In this document: positions 48,301 to 62,000 of the stretch, one piece after another
Numbering within the stretch: position 1 is the stretch's first letter
Layout: every line of letters starts with the position of its first letter
NCBI GenBank assembly: GCA_025201805.1
Contig: MU619270.1
Location: forward strand, 77,037 to 141,036
DNA from: Parasitella parasitica NRRL 2501
Taxonomy: Eukaryota > Fungi > Mucoromycota
Length of the DNA stretch: 64,000 nucleotides
Direction of reading: 5' to 3'
Position numbers and translations under genes: made by a program
Notes under the pieces: generated by a model
What the model was told of the DNA's origin: nothing
Seen by the model: the letters and a program-made list of their open reading frames with translations, nothing else
Database searches by the model: none

Positions 48301-51300
48301 GCGCATTTCATCGCAGCCTATGACACGCCCAGCAAAATCACGATTCAAATCTACGCTGCCCTGTTACGTGCTCATTCGTCTGAAGCAAGAGTGCTTGTCA
48401 AACAAGGATTGGACATTATGGCCCCTGTTCTCCCAGCTCGTATTGCCTCACAGCCCGACGAACGCATCCCGACTTGGGTCAGACTAACTCGTAGAGTCGT
48501 GGTAGAGGATACGCATAGCATTTCTCAAATGGTCAACGTCTACCAGCTGCTGATCCGACATGCCGATTTATTCTTTGAATATCGCGAGCATTTCTTGCCT
48601 CAGATTGTCAATACTCTGCCTAAACTGGGCCTGTTGCAGAACGCTACGCCAGAACACAAGATGTTGACAGTTGAACTGGCCGAGCTGATCATTAAATGGG
48701 AGCAGAAACGCATCAGTCTTCAAAAGGTGCATGAGTCCCCAGGATCTCCCTCTAAGCGTAAAATGGACGCTGATGGCGATTCAGAGATGCAAGATCCAGA
48801 AGAATCTCAGGAAAGCCCTAGTAAAAAGGCTCAGGTAGAGATGACGGGTGGCCAGATCAAAGCCATTGCAGCTGCCTCAAGTGACTCCAAGCAAAACGGC
48901 GGCAACAAAGAGTATTCACCCAGTCTGACTCTGCGAGAAAACGTGGTCGGCTATTTGGTGCGACTCTCTTGCAGCTTATTCAACTCTACCGACATGATCC
49001 AAAAGAGGCTGGTTCAAAGGACAATCGAGCTTGTAAAGTCCTTTTTGAAGCCTGATCTCTGGCCAGATGTTCACGTCCGTTTCCAGCACTTGGAGCGTTC
49101 CCTGCTGTTCAAGGACATAGCAAACGAAATGGTGGTTTCCAGCGTTTGCAACGCCTTGGAGATTCTCAATGCTGACATTGTACACCGAGATACAGATTGG
49201 TTTGTCGTCAATATGGACCAACTAAGTCGCTTGTTGGAGCCGAGTATTCGTTCTGAAAATACCCGTATACAGACAGCGCTATATCCTGTGTTGGTTTGTA
49301 CCATTGCTGCCATCAACAAGCATAGGGCTTCATTGTCTATACATGCTGACGCTCCAGAAACCCCGAGTGTTGGCAGTTCTCATGACCTTTTCACGCCATC
49401 GGCTGCAGGCACACCTGTGAATGCAGCTACGCCTGTCAATGCAACAGCCACTCCTATGGATACTTCCACCACCAGTCCTGCTCTTCCTGTCGACAGCAGT
49501 GTAACAAACGAAGAGCTAGCTACTGCCAGTGCTGCCACTCCGATGGAAGAAGACACGCCTGTCTCTGCTACCACTCAAGACACCACCAACAACCACCAAG
49601 AGGTATCAAATTCTCCTCACGTAGAAACTGAACAGCAGCAGCAGCAGCAGCAGCAAGAGCAAGAGCAAGAGCAAGAGCCAAAGCAATCTGCTCAAGTAGT
49701 TGCATTCATGAAGTTGATAGAAGACACTATCAAAGGAGGATTAGCCAACACGAGCAACACTTTCGGTGTCCTCAAGCTGTTGCAAGCAGCTAGCAGTAGC
49801 CAAGAAGAATACCTGGACGCTTATATACCTGGTATTGTCAAGGTGTTGCAGCTGCTGACCAAAGAACACATCTTGCCTTCTTCTTCTACGTCAAACACGC
49901 CTCAGGATACATTAGTGAGTCTGCTGATACTGGGCCTCTCACTCTTGAAGAAGCGCACTGCTCATCTGGGAGACCAACGTCGTTGGTTCCTGACATGTTT
50001 GATTCAACTGATTGAGAAATCACCGGATGTGCAGCTTTTGCGCAATATTCTGGATATGCTCAGTGAATGGGTGTTGGGTAAGGCTGAACCTATCCCTACC
50101 ATTAAGGAGAAAGCCGGACTGTTGGGCAAGATGATGACGATCGAGTCAAGAAACAACACGCAATTGACAGAGGACTTTCTGAGCCTTGTACTCAAAATAT
50201 ACAGCGATTCTGCCTTTGCCCGCTCTGAATTGACCGTGCGTATGGAACATGCATTTTTGTTGGGCACGCGCAATGACAACCCTGTGATCCGAGCTCAATT
50301 TATGAAGATTTTTGATGAGAGCATAGGCCAATCGTTACCTGCTCGTTTAAACTACATCCTGGGCGTTCAGAATTGGGAGCCTCTGGCCAATTCGTTCTGG
50401 CTGCATCAAGCGTTGGACCTGCTGGTGGGATCTGTCGACATTGATACTCAAGTATCCGCACCGTACACTCTCAAGGTCAAGTCAATTGGCATCATTGCTA
50501 ATGCCTTTGAACAGGACACAAACATGAAGGTGGATGTGCCTGAGAGCATAGCCAATATTGTCAAAGAACACCGCGCTTTTTTAAAGAACCTGCAAGGCAT
50601 TCGAGTCAGCGATACTTTGGATGATATTCGTCAGCTGCAGTATCTGGACGATGACACGGCTTTCAGACTCTGGGTTGATCTGTTCCCCATGTGCTGGACC
50701 GCATTGACAGGCGTTGAAAGGCACGACATTTCCAAGGTGTTGACTATGTTGCTATCCAAGGATTATCATGCCAAGCAAGCTGAGCGCAGACCCAATGTTG
50801 TCCAAGCACTCCTCACTGGTATCTCAGATACGACGCCTACCATCCCCATCCCGTCTCATTTGATCAAATACCTGGGCAAGACTCACAACTGCTGGCACAC
50901 TGCCATTGAGATGCTACAAAAGCAGGCCATCACAGGCCGTTTGATAGACGTTCCTAAAGACGAGCAACTGGATCAGCAACGTACGCTGGATTCGCTTGCA
51001 GAAATGTACTCCAATTTGAAGGAAGAGGACATGTTCTACGGTTTATGGTGTCGTCGATGCGTGTATTCCGAAACCAACATGACAGTGTCTTGCGAGCAGT
51101 GCGGCATGTGGCAGCAGGCTCAACACATGTACGAAAACATCCAGATTAAAGCTCGCGGTGGTATTCTGCCCAACACAGAGTCTGAGAGTATGTTATGGGA
51201 AGACCACTGGATTATGTGCACTCAGAAGCTACAGCAATGGGATATTCTGTCCGACCTTGCGAAGCATGATAACAACACCAATTTGCTGCTGGAATGTGCA

Positions 51301-54300
51301 TGGCGATTGTCTGACTGGACTGCAGAGCGAGAAGCACTGGAGCAGTCGCTCCATCAGCTGTCTGACTTTTCTGTTCCTCGGCAAAAGATCTTTGAGGGCT
51401 TCCTGACACTGATCAAATCTCAAACCAGCCAAGACAAGCTGCCTGAATTCACGCGTATTTGCGAAGAAGGTGTTCAGCTGTCGCTTCGCAAATGGTACTC
51501 GCTGCCGCCTGTAGTGACACACAGCCATATGCCGTTGCTTCAGATCTTTCAGCAATATCTAGAGCTTTCCGAGGCGAGCCAGATTTTCAAGAGCCTATCA
51601 AGCACAACTGCTCAAAATTTGGATCAAAGATCAGCTGAGCTTCGCAGTATTTTGGGGACCTGGCGCGAGCGTCTGCCCAACATGTGGGACGATATTAATG
51701 TATGGAGTGACCTTGTTGCTTGGCGCCAGCACATCTTTAGCGCCATCAACCGCACTTACTTGCCACTGATTCCGTCGTTACAGCCTGCTGCTGGTCAAAA
51801 CAACTCTGGCAATGGTCACTCGTACGCCTATCGTGGCTACCACGAAACTGCGTGGATCATCAACCGGTTTGCTCATGTTGCTCGCAAGCACCAGCTGTAC
51901 GACGTCTGCATCAACTATCTGACCAAGATTTACACGCTTCCCAACATTGAAATCCAAGAAGCCTTCTTGAAGCTTCGCGAACAGGCTAAATGCTACTACC
52001 AAAACCCAAATGAGCTGACTGCTGGTCTGGATGTGATCAACAACACCAACTTGATGTACTTTACGCATCAGCAAAAGGCCGAGTTCTTTACGCTAAAGGG
52101 CATGTTCTTGGCCAAACTGCATCACAACAACGAAGCCAATGAAGCCTATGTCAATGCCGTCCAGATAGACATGACGTTGCCTCGTGCCTGGGCTGAATGG
52201 GGCCGCTACAACGATCGCCGATTCAAGGAAAACCCCAAGGACCTGTCCTGGGCTAACAGCGCTGTCAGTTGCTACCTGCAGGCGTCTGGTTTGTACAAAA
52301 ATGCCAAGTCGCGAAAGCACTTGCTGCGTATTCTGTGGCTATTGAGTCTCGATGACCAGAATGGCACAATCTCGCGCGCTGTGGAAGGCTATAAAGGTGA
52401 ATGGCCTGTGTGGTACTGGATCACGTTTATTCCTCAACTGTTGACAGCCTTGCAGCACCGTGAAGGTAGACATGCTCGTGCCATCCTGATTCGCATTGCC
52501 AAGCAGTTCCCTCAGGCTTTGCATTTCCAGCTGAGAACGGCAAAGGAAGACATGTTAAAACGTGCTAGTGTGTTGCAGGCTAGTATGGCAGCTGAAGCAG
52601 CTCAGCAACAGCAACAGCAGAGGCAGCAACAGCAACCCGATAGTACAACTCCTACTACTGTTACAAGCGCCACAACAGCTGAAAGAGCCACCGGTACGCC
52701 AGTTGCTGCTGGTGACACTGGATCAACTGAACCAAAATCAACAGTTGCTAAAGAGGACCTTATGGAAGTGGACCAAAAAGAAGAAAAGACTGACGAAGAT
52801 GCATTGAGCGATGCTGAAATTAACCAGAGCGAGGTAAAAAACGAGCCTTCCGAAGGCAATGAAGACGACAAAAAGGACGGCAACGTTGTAGAGGTCAAGA
52901 TGGAAGAAGCAACACCACAGCAAGCTCAAAATGGCACTTCTGCTGCTACATCTCAAGCATCGCCTACCGCCAGCAATGCTAGTGAAAGAACCCCATCTGC
53001 TACGCCCAAACAACAACCTCAGCTAACGCTAGGACATCCTTCAAATTCTCCTGGTTTAGCAACGTCAGCAACAACAGCAGCGGCAGCAGCAGCGGCAGCA
53101 GCAGTGGCAGCGGCAGCAGCAACGACAGCGCCTGCTGCATCTGGTAATAATCCAAATAGAGGACCGTTGCCTGCGCAAATCAACACGTCTGCTACAGCAG
53201 CCAACCCCTTGGACGAAATCATGTCTATGCTCAAAACTGGATACCCTCTTTTAGCATTATCAATGGAAACGATGGTCGATCAGATACAGCTAAAATTCAA
53301 ACCTCAAGCTGACGAAGACATGTATCGCCTAGTGGTTGCATTGTACAACGAAGGAGCTCAACAGTTGCTGACTCGACTCACGAATCCCAACGACACCTTT
53401 CAGCTGACCCACGCCACTGTCACCAACATCCACCGATTTGCAGACAGCCTTTATCCTGGGCACATGAAGACTGCATTTGTCAATGATTTTGCAAAGACAA
53501 AGCTAAATTTGGAAGAGTATGTAGCCAAGCTGAGGCTGTGGCGTGATAAGTTTGAGGCTATGCTGGATGCTCGTCCTCGCAAGCAAAAGCTGGAAGCCTG
53601 CAGTCATTATCTGGTTGAATTTCAGCATCAAAAGTTTGACGACGTCGAGATCCCTGGCCAATATCTCATGCTCAAGGATAATGCCAACGACTTTTTGCGC
53701 ATTGATCGCTTCTTGCCCGAGGTCGAAATAATTCGTAGCTATGGCAACTGTTATCGCCGTTTGACTATTCGAGGCCATGACGGCACAATTCATCCCTTCT
53801 TGATCCAGAACCCTGTTGCTCGTCAATTCCGTCGTGAAGAGAGGCTAATGCAATTGTTCCGTATGTTGAACTATATTCTTGAGCGTAAAAAAGAGAGCCG
53901 TATGCGCAATCTGGTGTTCCACCTGCCTGCTATTGTGCCGCTTGCTCCCAATGTTAGAATGGTTCAAGATGATCCCTCCTACACGTCGCTGTACGATATT
54001 TATGAGGATCATTGTGATAGTGTGCACATGCATAAGGATGACCCCTTGGTTTGCTTTGTGGAGAAATTCAAGAATAACGTGCATGCTCAGAAGGATGTAA
54101 GTGGATTGCAGATTGATAAATGTTTATGTTTGTAACTTATGGCCGTCTGTCAGGTTGTGAATCAAAAGACGGAGCTGCTGAATTTGCGCATGGAAATCAA
54201 TGATTACATCTCAACCAATATGGTGCCATCCAACATTCTTAGTAAGGTAAGTAGAAATGTACAAATCTCGGTTTTGATAAGGCTGTAATTGACATGCATA

Positions 54301-54998
54301 CTCTTGCAGTATTTGTTCAAAACCATGAGCTCGTACACAGACTATTGGATGCTCCGTAAACGCTTTACTGCACAGTATGCAACCGCCACCTTTATGGCAT
54401 ACATTTTTAGCGTTGGTCACCGCATGCCTCACAAAATTATGATTTCTCGTAGCACGGGCAACGTCTGGATGACTGAACTACTGCCAGGTAAAAAAGCATA
54501 TATCAGGAGATCCGAGATTTTATACAAAAGACTAATACTCGTTCAATAATGATTCAATTTGTAGGCTGGAATTCTGCGAATCCACTATTTGGCAACGGTG
54601 AAGCTATTCCATTCCGTTTCACACCCAACATTCAAGAGTTCATGACACCTATCGGAATTGAAGGGTTGTTCACCAGTTGCTTGATGGCAACGGCTCGTTG
54701 TTTAACAGAACCTGAATTCGAACTGGATCAATATCTGTGCTTGTTTGTGCGAGATGAACTCGCAACATGGCATTTAGCAAACCACCGCTCCGTTACTGAT
54801 GTCCAATTCCGTGAAAGAATCAACACCAACGTACTTCAGGTACAAACAAAAGCCCAATTCTTGTCCTGTAAAGCAGATAAAGAAAAGACTTTGAATGCTG
54901 GCAAACCACTGAATCAGAATGTGATTGATCTCATTTCCCAAGCTAGCAACCCGCAGAAAATGGCTCAAATGGAATGCACTTGGATGCCTTGGCTATAA
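42374..54998 (+). CDS. TRA1: Tra1/TRRAP PIKK pseudokinase (SAGA/NuA4 scaffold), 8 exons including a 10.8-kb exon
   Basis: SFKVLTECPIIVV, KELLVATRHILSTDFR, AYRGYHETAWIINRFAHVARKH, VEIPGQY, RREERLMQLFR, PFRFTPNIQ and the FATC end WMPWL*. Confidence 0.99.
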
Positions 54999-55220
54999 GT
55001 TATATATATACATATACAAACGAGTACGAATAAAAAGCTTGAAAATTATAAATGTTTTAACAAGAAATTTTTATTTCTTATGCATGTTGTGAAAGGTAGA
55101 GAGAGAGAGAGAGAGGGAAAGGTGAAAAGTGCGCAGAAATGAGAAAGGGTACATGATGGAAAATTAAACTGATGAGAAAGCTCTTAACATTCGACAATGC
55201 TAATTGGCGTCAAATACAAT

Positions 55221-55545
55221 CTAGTTGATTTCAGCCTTTTGGTAAACAGTGTTGTGGTTGACGGTTTCGCTCAACAATCCAGAACCGAGAAGACCAGTGA
55301 GCTATTTTGCGCGTAGATCGATCAATTAGTATATGGATACATGTCAAAATATGTCAGAAACTTACAAGGCCCTTGTTTTGGGTGCTGCCAACATCGCCAA
55401 CAGTTTGAACGATCTTCTTGTTACCAGAAAAGCTGTTGTCTTCGTGGTTGCTGTTGTCTTCATGGTTATGGCTTTCATCTTTGCAGGGAGCTGCAGAGAC
55501 CAAGGCAGCAACAGAGAGAATGGCGAGGACAGAGAAGAACTTCAT
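55221..55545 (-). CDS. Small secreted protein (86 aa, 2 exons)
   Basis: Signal peptide MKFFSVLAILSVAALVSA-AP; intron 55365-55302; mature part NHEDNS x2...VGDVGSTQNKGLLTGLLGSGLLSETVNHNTVYQKAEIN*. Confidence 0.85.
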
Positions 55546-55937
55546 TTTGTGTGTATTATTAGATTTGTAGATTGATGTTTTTTATTCTGATGTCTGGAAA
55601 TTTGTCGACTATTTATACTGTTTCTGTTTTGTCAACTTTATCTCCTTGCGAGAGCAGCATAACATTAATTCATTATCCACGACGAAAAAAGGAGAGAGGA
55701 ATCACAGTATATACTTGAAATCATAATTAGAAAAAAAAAACTCCCTTTTGTGCAGATAAATTCCAATGGCACATTAATTGAAAATCACAGCAGCCATTAC
55801 TGCCGCACAGCACGTGTAATATGAATTAAATGAGAGAGGAGGAGGGGGGTTGCAAGCGTAACACACAAACGCACACCCCAAGACACAGGGGACAATTATA
55901 TTAATAGTTTTCTACTGTATGCACATAATCTTCCGTA

Positions 55938-57395
55938 ATGTCTAGACTTCTTTGGCCTATCGCTGGAAAACAGTTTTCTCCTTATATTCATGGACACTTT
56001 GTAAAACCTTCGTCTCAACATATACGAAAACTCATAAATCCTAGCGATAAATCACACCTCGCAGACGTTCACGAAGCCTCGCCGTCGCAAGTAGAAGAAG
56101 CCATCATCAGTGCGAAAGGTGTTTCTGTCAATTCAGAATGGCAAACAAACCCGAGATATCGCCGCGACTGTCTACTAGCGCTTGCACAAAGGCTAGAGCA
56201 GCACGAGCATGATATGGCAGGTATTGAATCCTTGCAGACAGGAAAACCATTGGAGGATGCTCTCTATGAAATCAGTGATGTCGTTGACTGTCTACGTTAT
56301 TATGCTGGATACTGTGATAAGCTCTATGGTCAATCGCAATCATTGCACAAAATGCACACATACACATCTCGAGAGCCTCTTGGCACAGTGTCGTTGATAA
56401 CCTCCTTTAACTATCCGCTATTATTAGTTGGATGGAAGCTGGGGCCAGCCCTCGCCGCTGGCAATGCTGCCATTGTAAAGCCTGCACCACAAACACCGCT
56501 CTCGTCTCTTGCATTAGCTGATTTGGCGACAGATATTCTTCCTCCAGGCGTGTTGAATGTGTTGCCAGGGGGTGTTCAAGTAAGCCAGTTAATGATTGAT
56601 AGAACAGACAAGACAAGCTTTACAGGATCAACCAAGGTGGGACAAGAAATTATGCGTCGTGCAGCCGATCGTTTATTGCCATTGACACTGGAATGTGGCG
56701 GTAAAAATGCAGTGATTGTTTGCGACGATGCGGACCTCGACAAAGCCGTTGACGCTGTAGCTATGGGTGCGTTCTCGAACGCGGGACAGAACTGCTGCGC
56801 TATATCTCGAGTGTTTGTCCACAGGTCAGTCTACGATATCTTCCTTGACAAACTAGCCACCACTGTTCAAAACTCCTGGAAAGCAACACTGGACGCACAA
56901 GGAGAAAACGAATATAATCTATATGGACCCCTAATTGACCATAATCAATATAATCGTGTGCTGGCCAGCATTCAAAATAGTAATCAAACACCCTTTCTCA
57001 CTGGAAACATCAGCGCATCGACTTCTTCTCGAGGCTATTTTGTCCCACCCACCGTCTTTTGCAACGTCGACGATTGTGCTCCGTTGGCCATGGAGGAGAT
57101 ATTTGGCCCGGTTCTTAGTGTAATGGAACCGTTCGACCATTTGGATGATGCTGTGCGTCGTGTGAATCAGTCTGTATATGGTCTTGCTTCAGGTGTCTTT
57201 TCGCAGAACATCAAGACAGCGCACAAGGCTGCTAACCTGATCAAAGCCGGCTTTGTGTGGTGCAATACTTACAATGTGATGCCTCCTTCGCTACCATTTG
57301 GCGGCAGAAGATTGTCAGGTATAGGCAAAGATTTAGGTAAATCTGCATTAGACCAGTTTTCGTTTGAAAAGAGCGTTATAGTCGATATTTCGTAA
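55938..57395 (+). CDS. NAD(P)-dependent aldehyde dehydrogenase (intronless)
   Basis: FNYPL, PALAAGN, KPAPQTP, FTGST, LECGGK, AGQNCC, EEIFGPV, YGLASG and PFGG. Confidence 0.97.
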   Translation: MSRLLWPIAGKQFSPYIHGHFVKPSSQHIRKLINPSDKSHLADVHEASPSQVEEAIISAKGVSVNSEWQTNPRYRRDCLLALAQRLEQHEHDMAGIESLQTGKPLEDALYEISDVVDCLRYYAGYCDKLYGQSQSLHKMHTYTSREPLGTVSLITSFNYPLLLVGWKLGPALAAGNAAIVKPAPQTPLSSLALADLATDILPPGVLNVLPGGVQVSQLMIDRTDKTSFTGSTKVGQEIMRRAADRLLPLTLECGGKNAVIVCDDADLDKAVDAVAMGAFSNAGQNCCAISRVFVHRSVYDIFLDKLATTVQNSWKATLDAQGENEYNLYGPLIDHNQYNRVLASIQNSNQTPFLTGNISASTSSRGYFVPPTVFCNVDDCAPLAMEEIFGPVLSVMEPFDHLDDAVRRVNQSVYGLASGVFSQNIKTAHKAANLIKAGFVWCNTYNVMPPSLPFGGRRLSGIGKDLGKSALDQFSFEKSVIVDIS

Positions 57396-57425
57396 TAAAA
57401 ACACTCGTTTTTTTATTTCCTATTC

Positions 57426-58778
57426 ATGTCAAAAATGAACAGCGGTATAAAGGACGCTATCACTCTACAATTGAAAGCATTGATAAAGAGCTGCGAGACA
57501 TTAGCCTCAAGGTATATAAAAAGAATGATATATGATCGCATCTCCATTGAACCGTACTGGCAAAGCCAAGATCCACCAAGACCCGGAATTAGGCGATGAG
57601 GAATTCAATGCCTGTCAATTGCTGTGCAAGTACCTTCAGGACAAGAGCTTCCTATTAACCTGTGAGGCTGCTGGCCTCAAGACGTCCTTCCTCCCCAAGT
57701 TTTCTAATAAATCAGACAGACGCGTAGGAATTGCAAGTAAATACAATGCATTGCTAGGGTAAATACAAGCGACAAAGATTGCAATCCAAGGTCTTGCTTG
57801 TGCTATTAGCATGGATGAAGACTTGGTTCTGGGAACAATAGTTTTATTTGGCACTCCTGCAGAGGAGATGATTAATGTGAAAATTAATATGGTCAAAGTA
57901 GGTCTAATTAAGGATAATGTGGATTGCGCACTAATGCTGGTAAGCAAAGCCTCTCTCTTTTTCTTTTCCTTTTTTTTTTCTAGCTGATGCAGATGTATAG
58001 CTATATATACTCTAGCATCCTATGGCTCAGGATGTGATGTATAGGGGAATGTTAGCCATGGATAATGTAGAAATCGAATATTTTCATAAGCCTGCCCACG
58101 CTAGTATGGCTTCATGGAAAGGTGTCTATGCACTGGATGCAATAGTACAAGCTACTTACTAGTCTGGGTTTATTGAGACAACAAATGCTGCCTATTAGCA
58201 GTTATGTATTTGGTATACACAAAAAGATAGAGACAAATTAACAACAGCCTCTACAGAGGCGGTAAAGCTCCCAACATCATTCCCTTTTATGTCTCTGCGT
58301 CTTATCGTGTTCGTTCTCGAGACAAAATCCAATTGGGAAACTTGAAATTTCAAGTCAAGCATTACGTTAATGCGGCAGGCTAAGCAGCTGGCTGTCAAGT
58401 CAAGCTGAAATGGCGTGAGATTGGGTCCATTGACGATTTCTTTATGAACAATGCCATGCCAGTCAATATTCTAGGGCTACGTGGAGCACGAGCGTATCAC
58501 ATACAAGGTCTGATCTGAGGAAGAGCAACTTATCGTGGCCAGCACTGACTTCGGTAATATGAGCTACATTGTTCCTGCCATTCACCCGATGTAAGCAATC
58601 CATACAGATGCTGGCAATTACACACAAGACTTTGCGGACGCATTAAAAACTGAAGCTGCCCATCAGGATACGCTTTGTGCAGCCAAATGTCTGGCAATGA
58701 CAGCAGCGGAGGTCTGGGTAAACGATGACATTTTACACGCAGGTTGTGAGTGATTTCGAAAAAGGTAAATCTCAGTGA
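57426..58778 (+). pseudogene. M20 family peptidase/amidohydrolase (Acy1L2/PM20D2-like) pseudogene
   Basis: IHQDPELGDEE, SKYNALLG (degraded EYDALPG), LFGTPAEE, KPAHASMASWKGVYALDA and ASTDFGNMSYIVPAIHPM*. The GHACGH metal motif is deleted; frameshifts and stops present; introns retained. Confidence 0.88.
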
Positions 58779-59039
58779 GTTGTCGTAATAAATGATATTC
58801 TTGGCTCTTCATATGCCCTATGATATGTATATGTTATTGTCAGCTTTCTTCATCTTGAGCGTGGTACATGTACATAGGTAACATTCACTTGTCACCTAAA
58901 CTAATGGTTGCACAATGAATGATTGTGTCTTTGACTACAAGAGAAAAAAGGTCTTTCCGCCCAATTCTCCTGAATGAATCGATCATTTGCGCATATTAGT
59001 TGCAATAGGGAGGTAGAGAAAAACCATACATTACTGTTA

Positions 59040-62000
59040 AATGAGATTATACCGTATTACATGAGCGTTATACGATTTTTTGTGACAACATGTCGGAATA
59101 GCATTTGTTGAAGGTGTTTTCAAGCAATTTTTGCTCATGAGACATGTTTGCACACTGTTATGGGTGTTATTTCTTTTGCAGTAGTGCCCAACTATTTTTG
59201 TCCACAGATGTGAATAAAATCTGTATTTATAACCGTAAATTGAGAGTGTCTCCTTTAATACGAACAGTTTCCTCTCACATTTCATATATTTATTTTCAGA
59301 TCGAACTTAGCCTCTCAAATTACACTCTATATGAAGTTGTATAATGAATGTATTTTACCACAGAACTGCAAATTAAGAACTTCAAGTTTTTTAAACCTTT
59401 CATTGTCAAGTTTAGCAACCTTGCCGATCTGGTCCAAGATGCACTTTCCTTCTATTATTACTTTGGCAGCATCAGACGCACATTTCTTTTCGACGTCTCC
59501 GTTCTTTGCAAACTCAACATTGCAAACGTCAAAAACTTTCGTGCTTGAGACACACTCTCAAGTCTATCTTAAATGCGCCTCTCTTTCCTTCGTTAAATAA
59601 TTCTGAAGCTTTTATGGCTTCTTTACTCTCGCTGTTTTCTGTTTCATCACTAGACCAACTTTTCTTATAAGACATTAATGGAGAACTTAATTAAAACACT
59701 TACTATTTGAGCAAAAGTGGAGAGCCTTCAAATAAGGTGCTAAAAATAGGCTCATAGAATCTGGAGATTATATCCTGTTCACTCATATCCTTCCAGCAAC
59801 TGACTACTTCTGATCTATAAGTAAATTCCTCAAGCCTGAAGATATAAAGGTTACAAGGTAAGGATCATAAAGCATGACAACTGGTTGTAAGACTAAAACT
59901 TACCATCGAGAATAGATACGAATTACTCTATTTGTTATGCCTTTTTTGCACAAAGGAATTAATTTCAAGTTGTCAAAGTATCTTCCCTGTAGAACCAGCT
60001 TCAACTGTAGACACGCTTTAGAACAGATTTACATGTTGTTTTGTTTTTACTAACCTTCATCACACTTTAAACAGATTTTTTTGCTGTTGCTTTTTTTAAC
60101 AGCTCGAACGGCTCATCTTTACATTCGGTGTCTTTTGAAAGATGGACAATAGAGTTGTAGGCTAAACTACAAATTGAGTTTGTGTTGGTTTTATTGAGAT
60201 TAAAGAGTTGTCCTTCTGTCATCACAAGAGACACTTACTAACAAATAGTTTTGTTCCCACCTCCAAGAGAAGAATAAGAGTTAATCATGGATCTTGATTT
60301 AAAACTAATCTATCAAATTAACAACTCTATGAGTATCACTTTCCTTATAACTTATTTGTAAGCTTGTACTACAGTTTGAGAGTCCCTATCTCTTTACCCT
60401 CTTCTTGGATCCCCTTATTTTCTGTCGTCGGATAGATGTTTGAAAAGGACGAGATTGTGAAGGATTTGTCTTCATCGTTAAATCATAGACCATAAGACAC
60501 ATATTCAAATATTTTTTTTTTCTAAAATTTCTTTGATTCCTTGATTTTTTCGTAACGTTTTATCACGTTTAAATCCACTGACGTTTTTGCCTGCGAAAGA
60601 AACTAAGATAATTATTTCTAATGCTTTCAATTTGATCAAGTTCACTTTGGATTGCTGAATTTATAGGTTCTACCTCTGCTGCGTCAACTCCAGATCTGAT
60701 GTTGAATTTTTCTACATCAAGCTTACTATGGTGTAAAGCATTAATTCATGATAATGCCATGTCAATAGCAGCGGAATTGCTTAAGACGCGTGTGGCCTCT
60801 TCTTCTGAACTACTTTTTATGTTAATGTCTACTTAAGTTTTAGACTGGAAGTATTTTGTAAAATGCAACTTCTAAAACTAATTACCGTCGTTCTCTTCTT
60901 CAGAAATGTGTAAAGTATGTTGCTCAAGTTCCAGTCCACTGCTAATGTCCACTTCAATCTTCAAAGGCATAGAGATGTATCTCTTAAGTAGACACATATG
61001 TTTGCAAGCAATTGGTATTTTTGGAAATCTGGACAAAGACATGTGCAGATAACATTATTAATCACGCGTATTTGGTATGTAGTTTGAGGTTTATCAGGAT
61101 CAAACGATTGAATTTTTCATGGACTATTATTATTATCATCAGTATTTGTGAAAGAGCCTTGAGTAATCATTGAAATAAAGTTTTTATTTGAGATTTTCGA
61201 TGCCATGTAAGATTTTCTTGCTATATTATTTTGCAATGGGCCCATGCGTCCAGTATTTGCTAGTATTCTATTAGACTCTTCTGTGAAGTAATATTCAACA
61301 TTGTTTGTTAGGAAAAAGACCAATCTGTCTAATCTATTAATTCTTGATCGCTCAAAGGAAACGATTTTTAGTTGATTATACCAACTTTCGATGTAGTTGT
61401 AGGTTACAGACAACTTGTGGACTTATTTGACGAAGAGTGCTCCCCATCTCTTGACTACTTCTTCATCGTTAAACCAGTATCGAGTAAAATAATCTAAGAC
61501 TCCAGTGTGTTCTTCGATCTTTAGCTTGAATCTTTCTATTATTCTAAATAATGAATGTTTCCTGGTTTCAGCAAGAATTAAGTGCAAGTCGTTCAAAAGA
61601 TGCTGTTTGTACTCGGTTGCTTCAGTGTTTGACGTGCTCGTAGGTAAAGACAGCTTTGCACCCAAGTTATCTTTCCATGATCGCCAGACATGGAAGGCAC
61701 AATAATGGATAACAACTTGATTTCTAAAAGCTGCTTTAATGGTATTAACTTCAGCCAAGCTACAGTTGATCGTAATTGCAGTCGGTGCAAAATTACAATT
61801 ATTTCGCAGATAAACAAGCCATTGATTTATAGGACCTACACTTTGATCATTAGTGACCGTATATGCAACAGGATAGCCCTTTCCAGTCAATAAATTTTTA
61901 ACTAAAAGGGTTTGTCTTGAAAGGTCATCAAATATTTATAAATGCCACTTAAAAGCCACTCGAAGCCACATCCTCTTTAAACATTTATCAATGACAGAAA

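Noticed and set aside
57426-58778. Stops and frameshifts as programmed recoding or selenocysteine
   Set aside because: Multiple stop types, frameshifts and deletion of catalytic motifs indicate decay.
59040-60406. REase-like gene as cargo inside the MULE
   Set aside because: The TIRs and TSD place it outside the element; the MULE is inserted into it.
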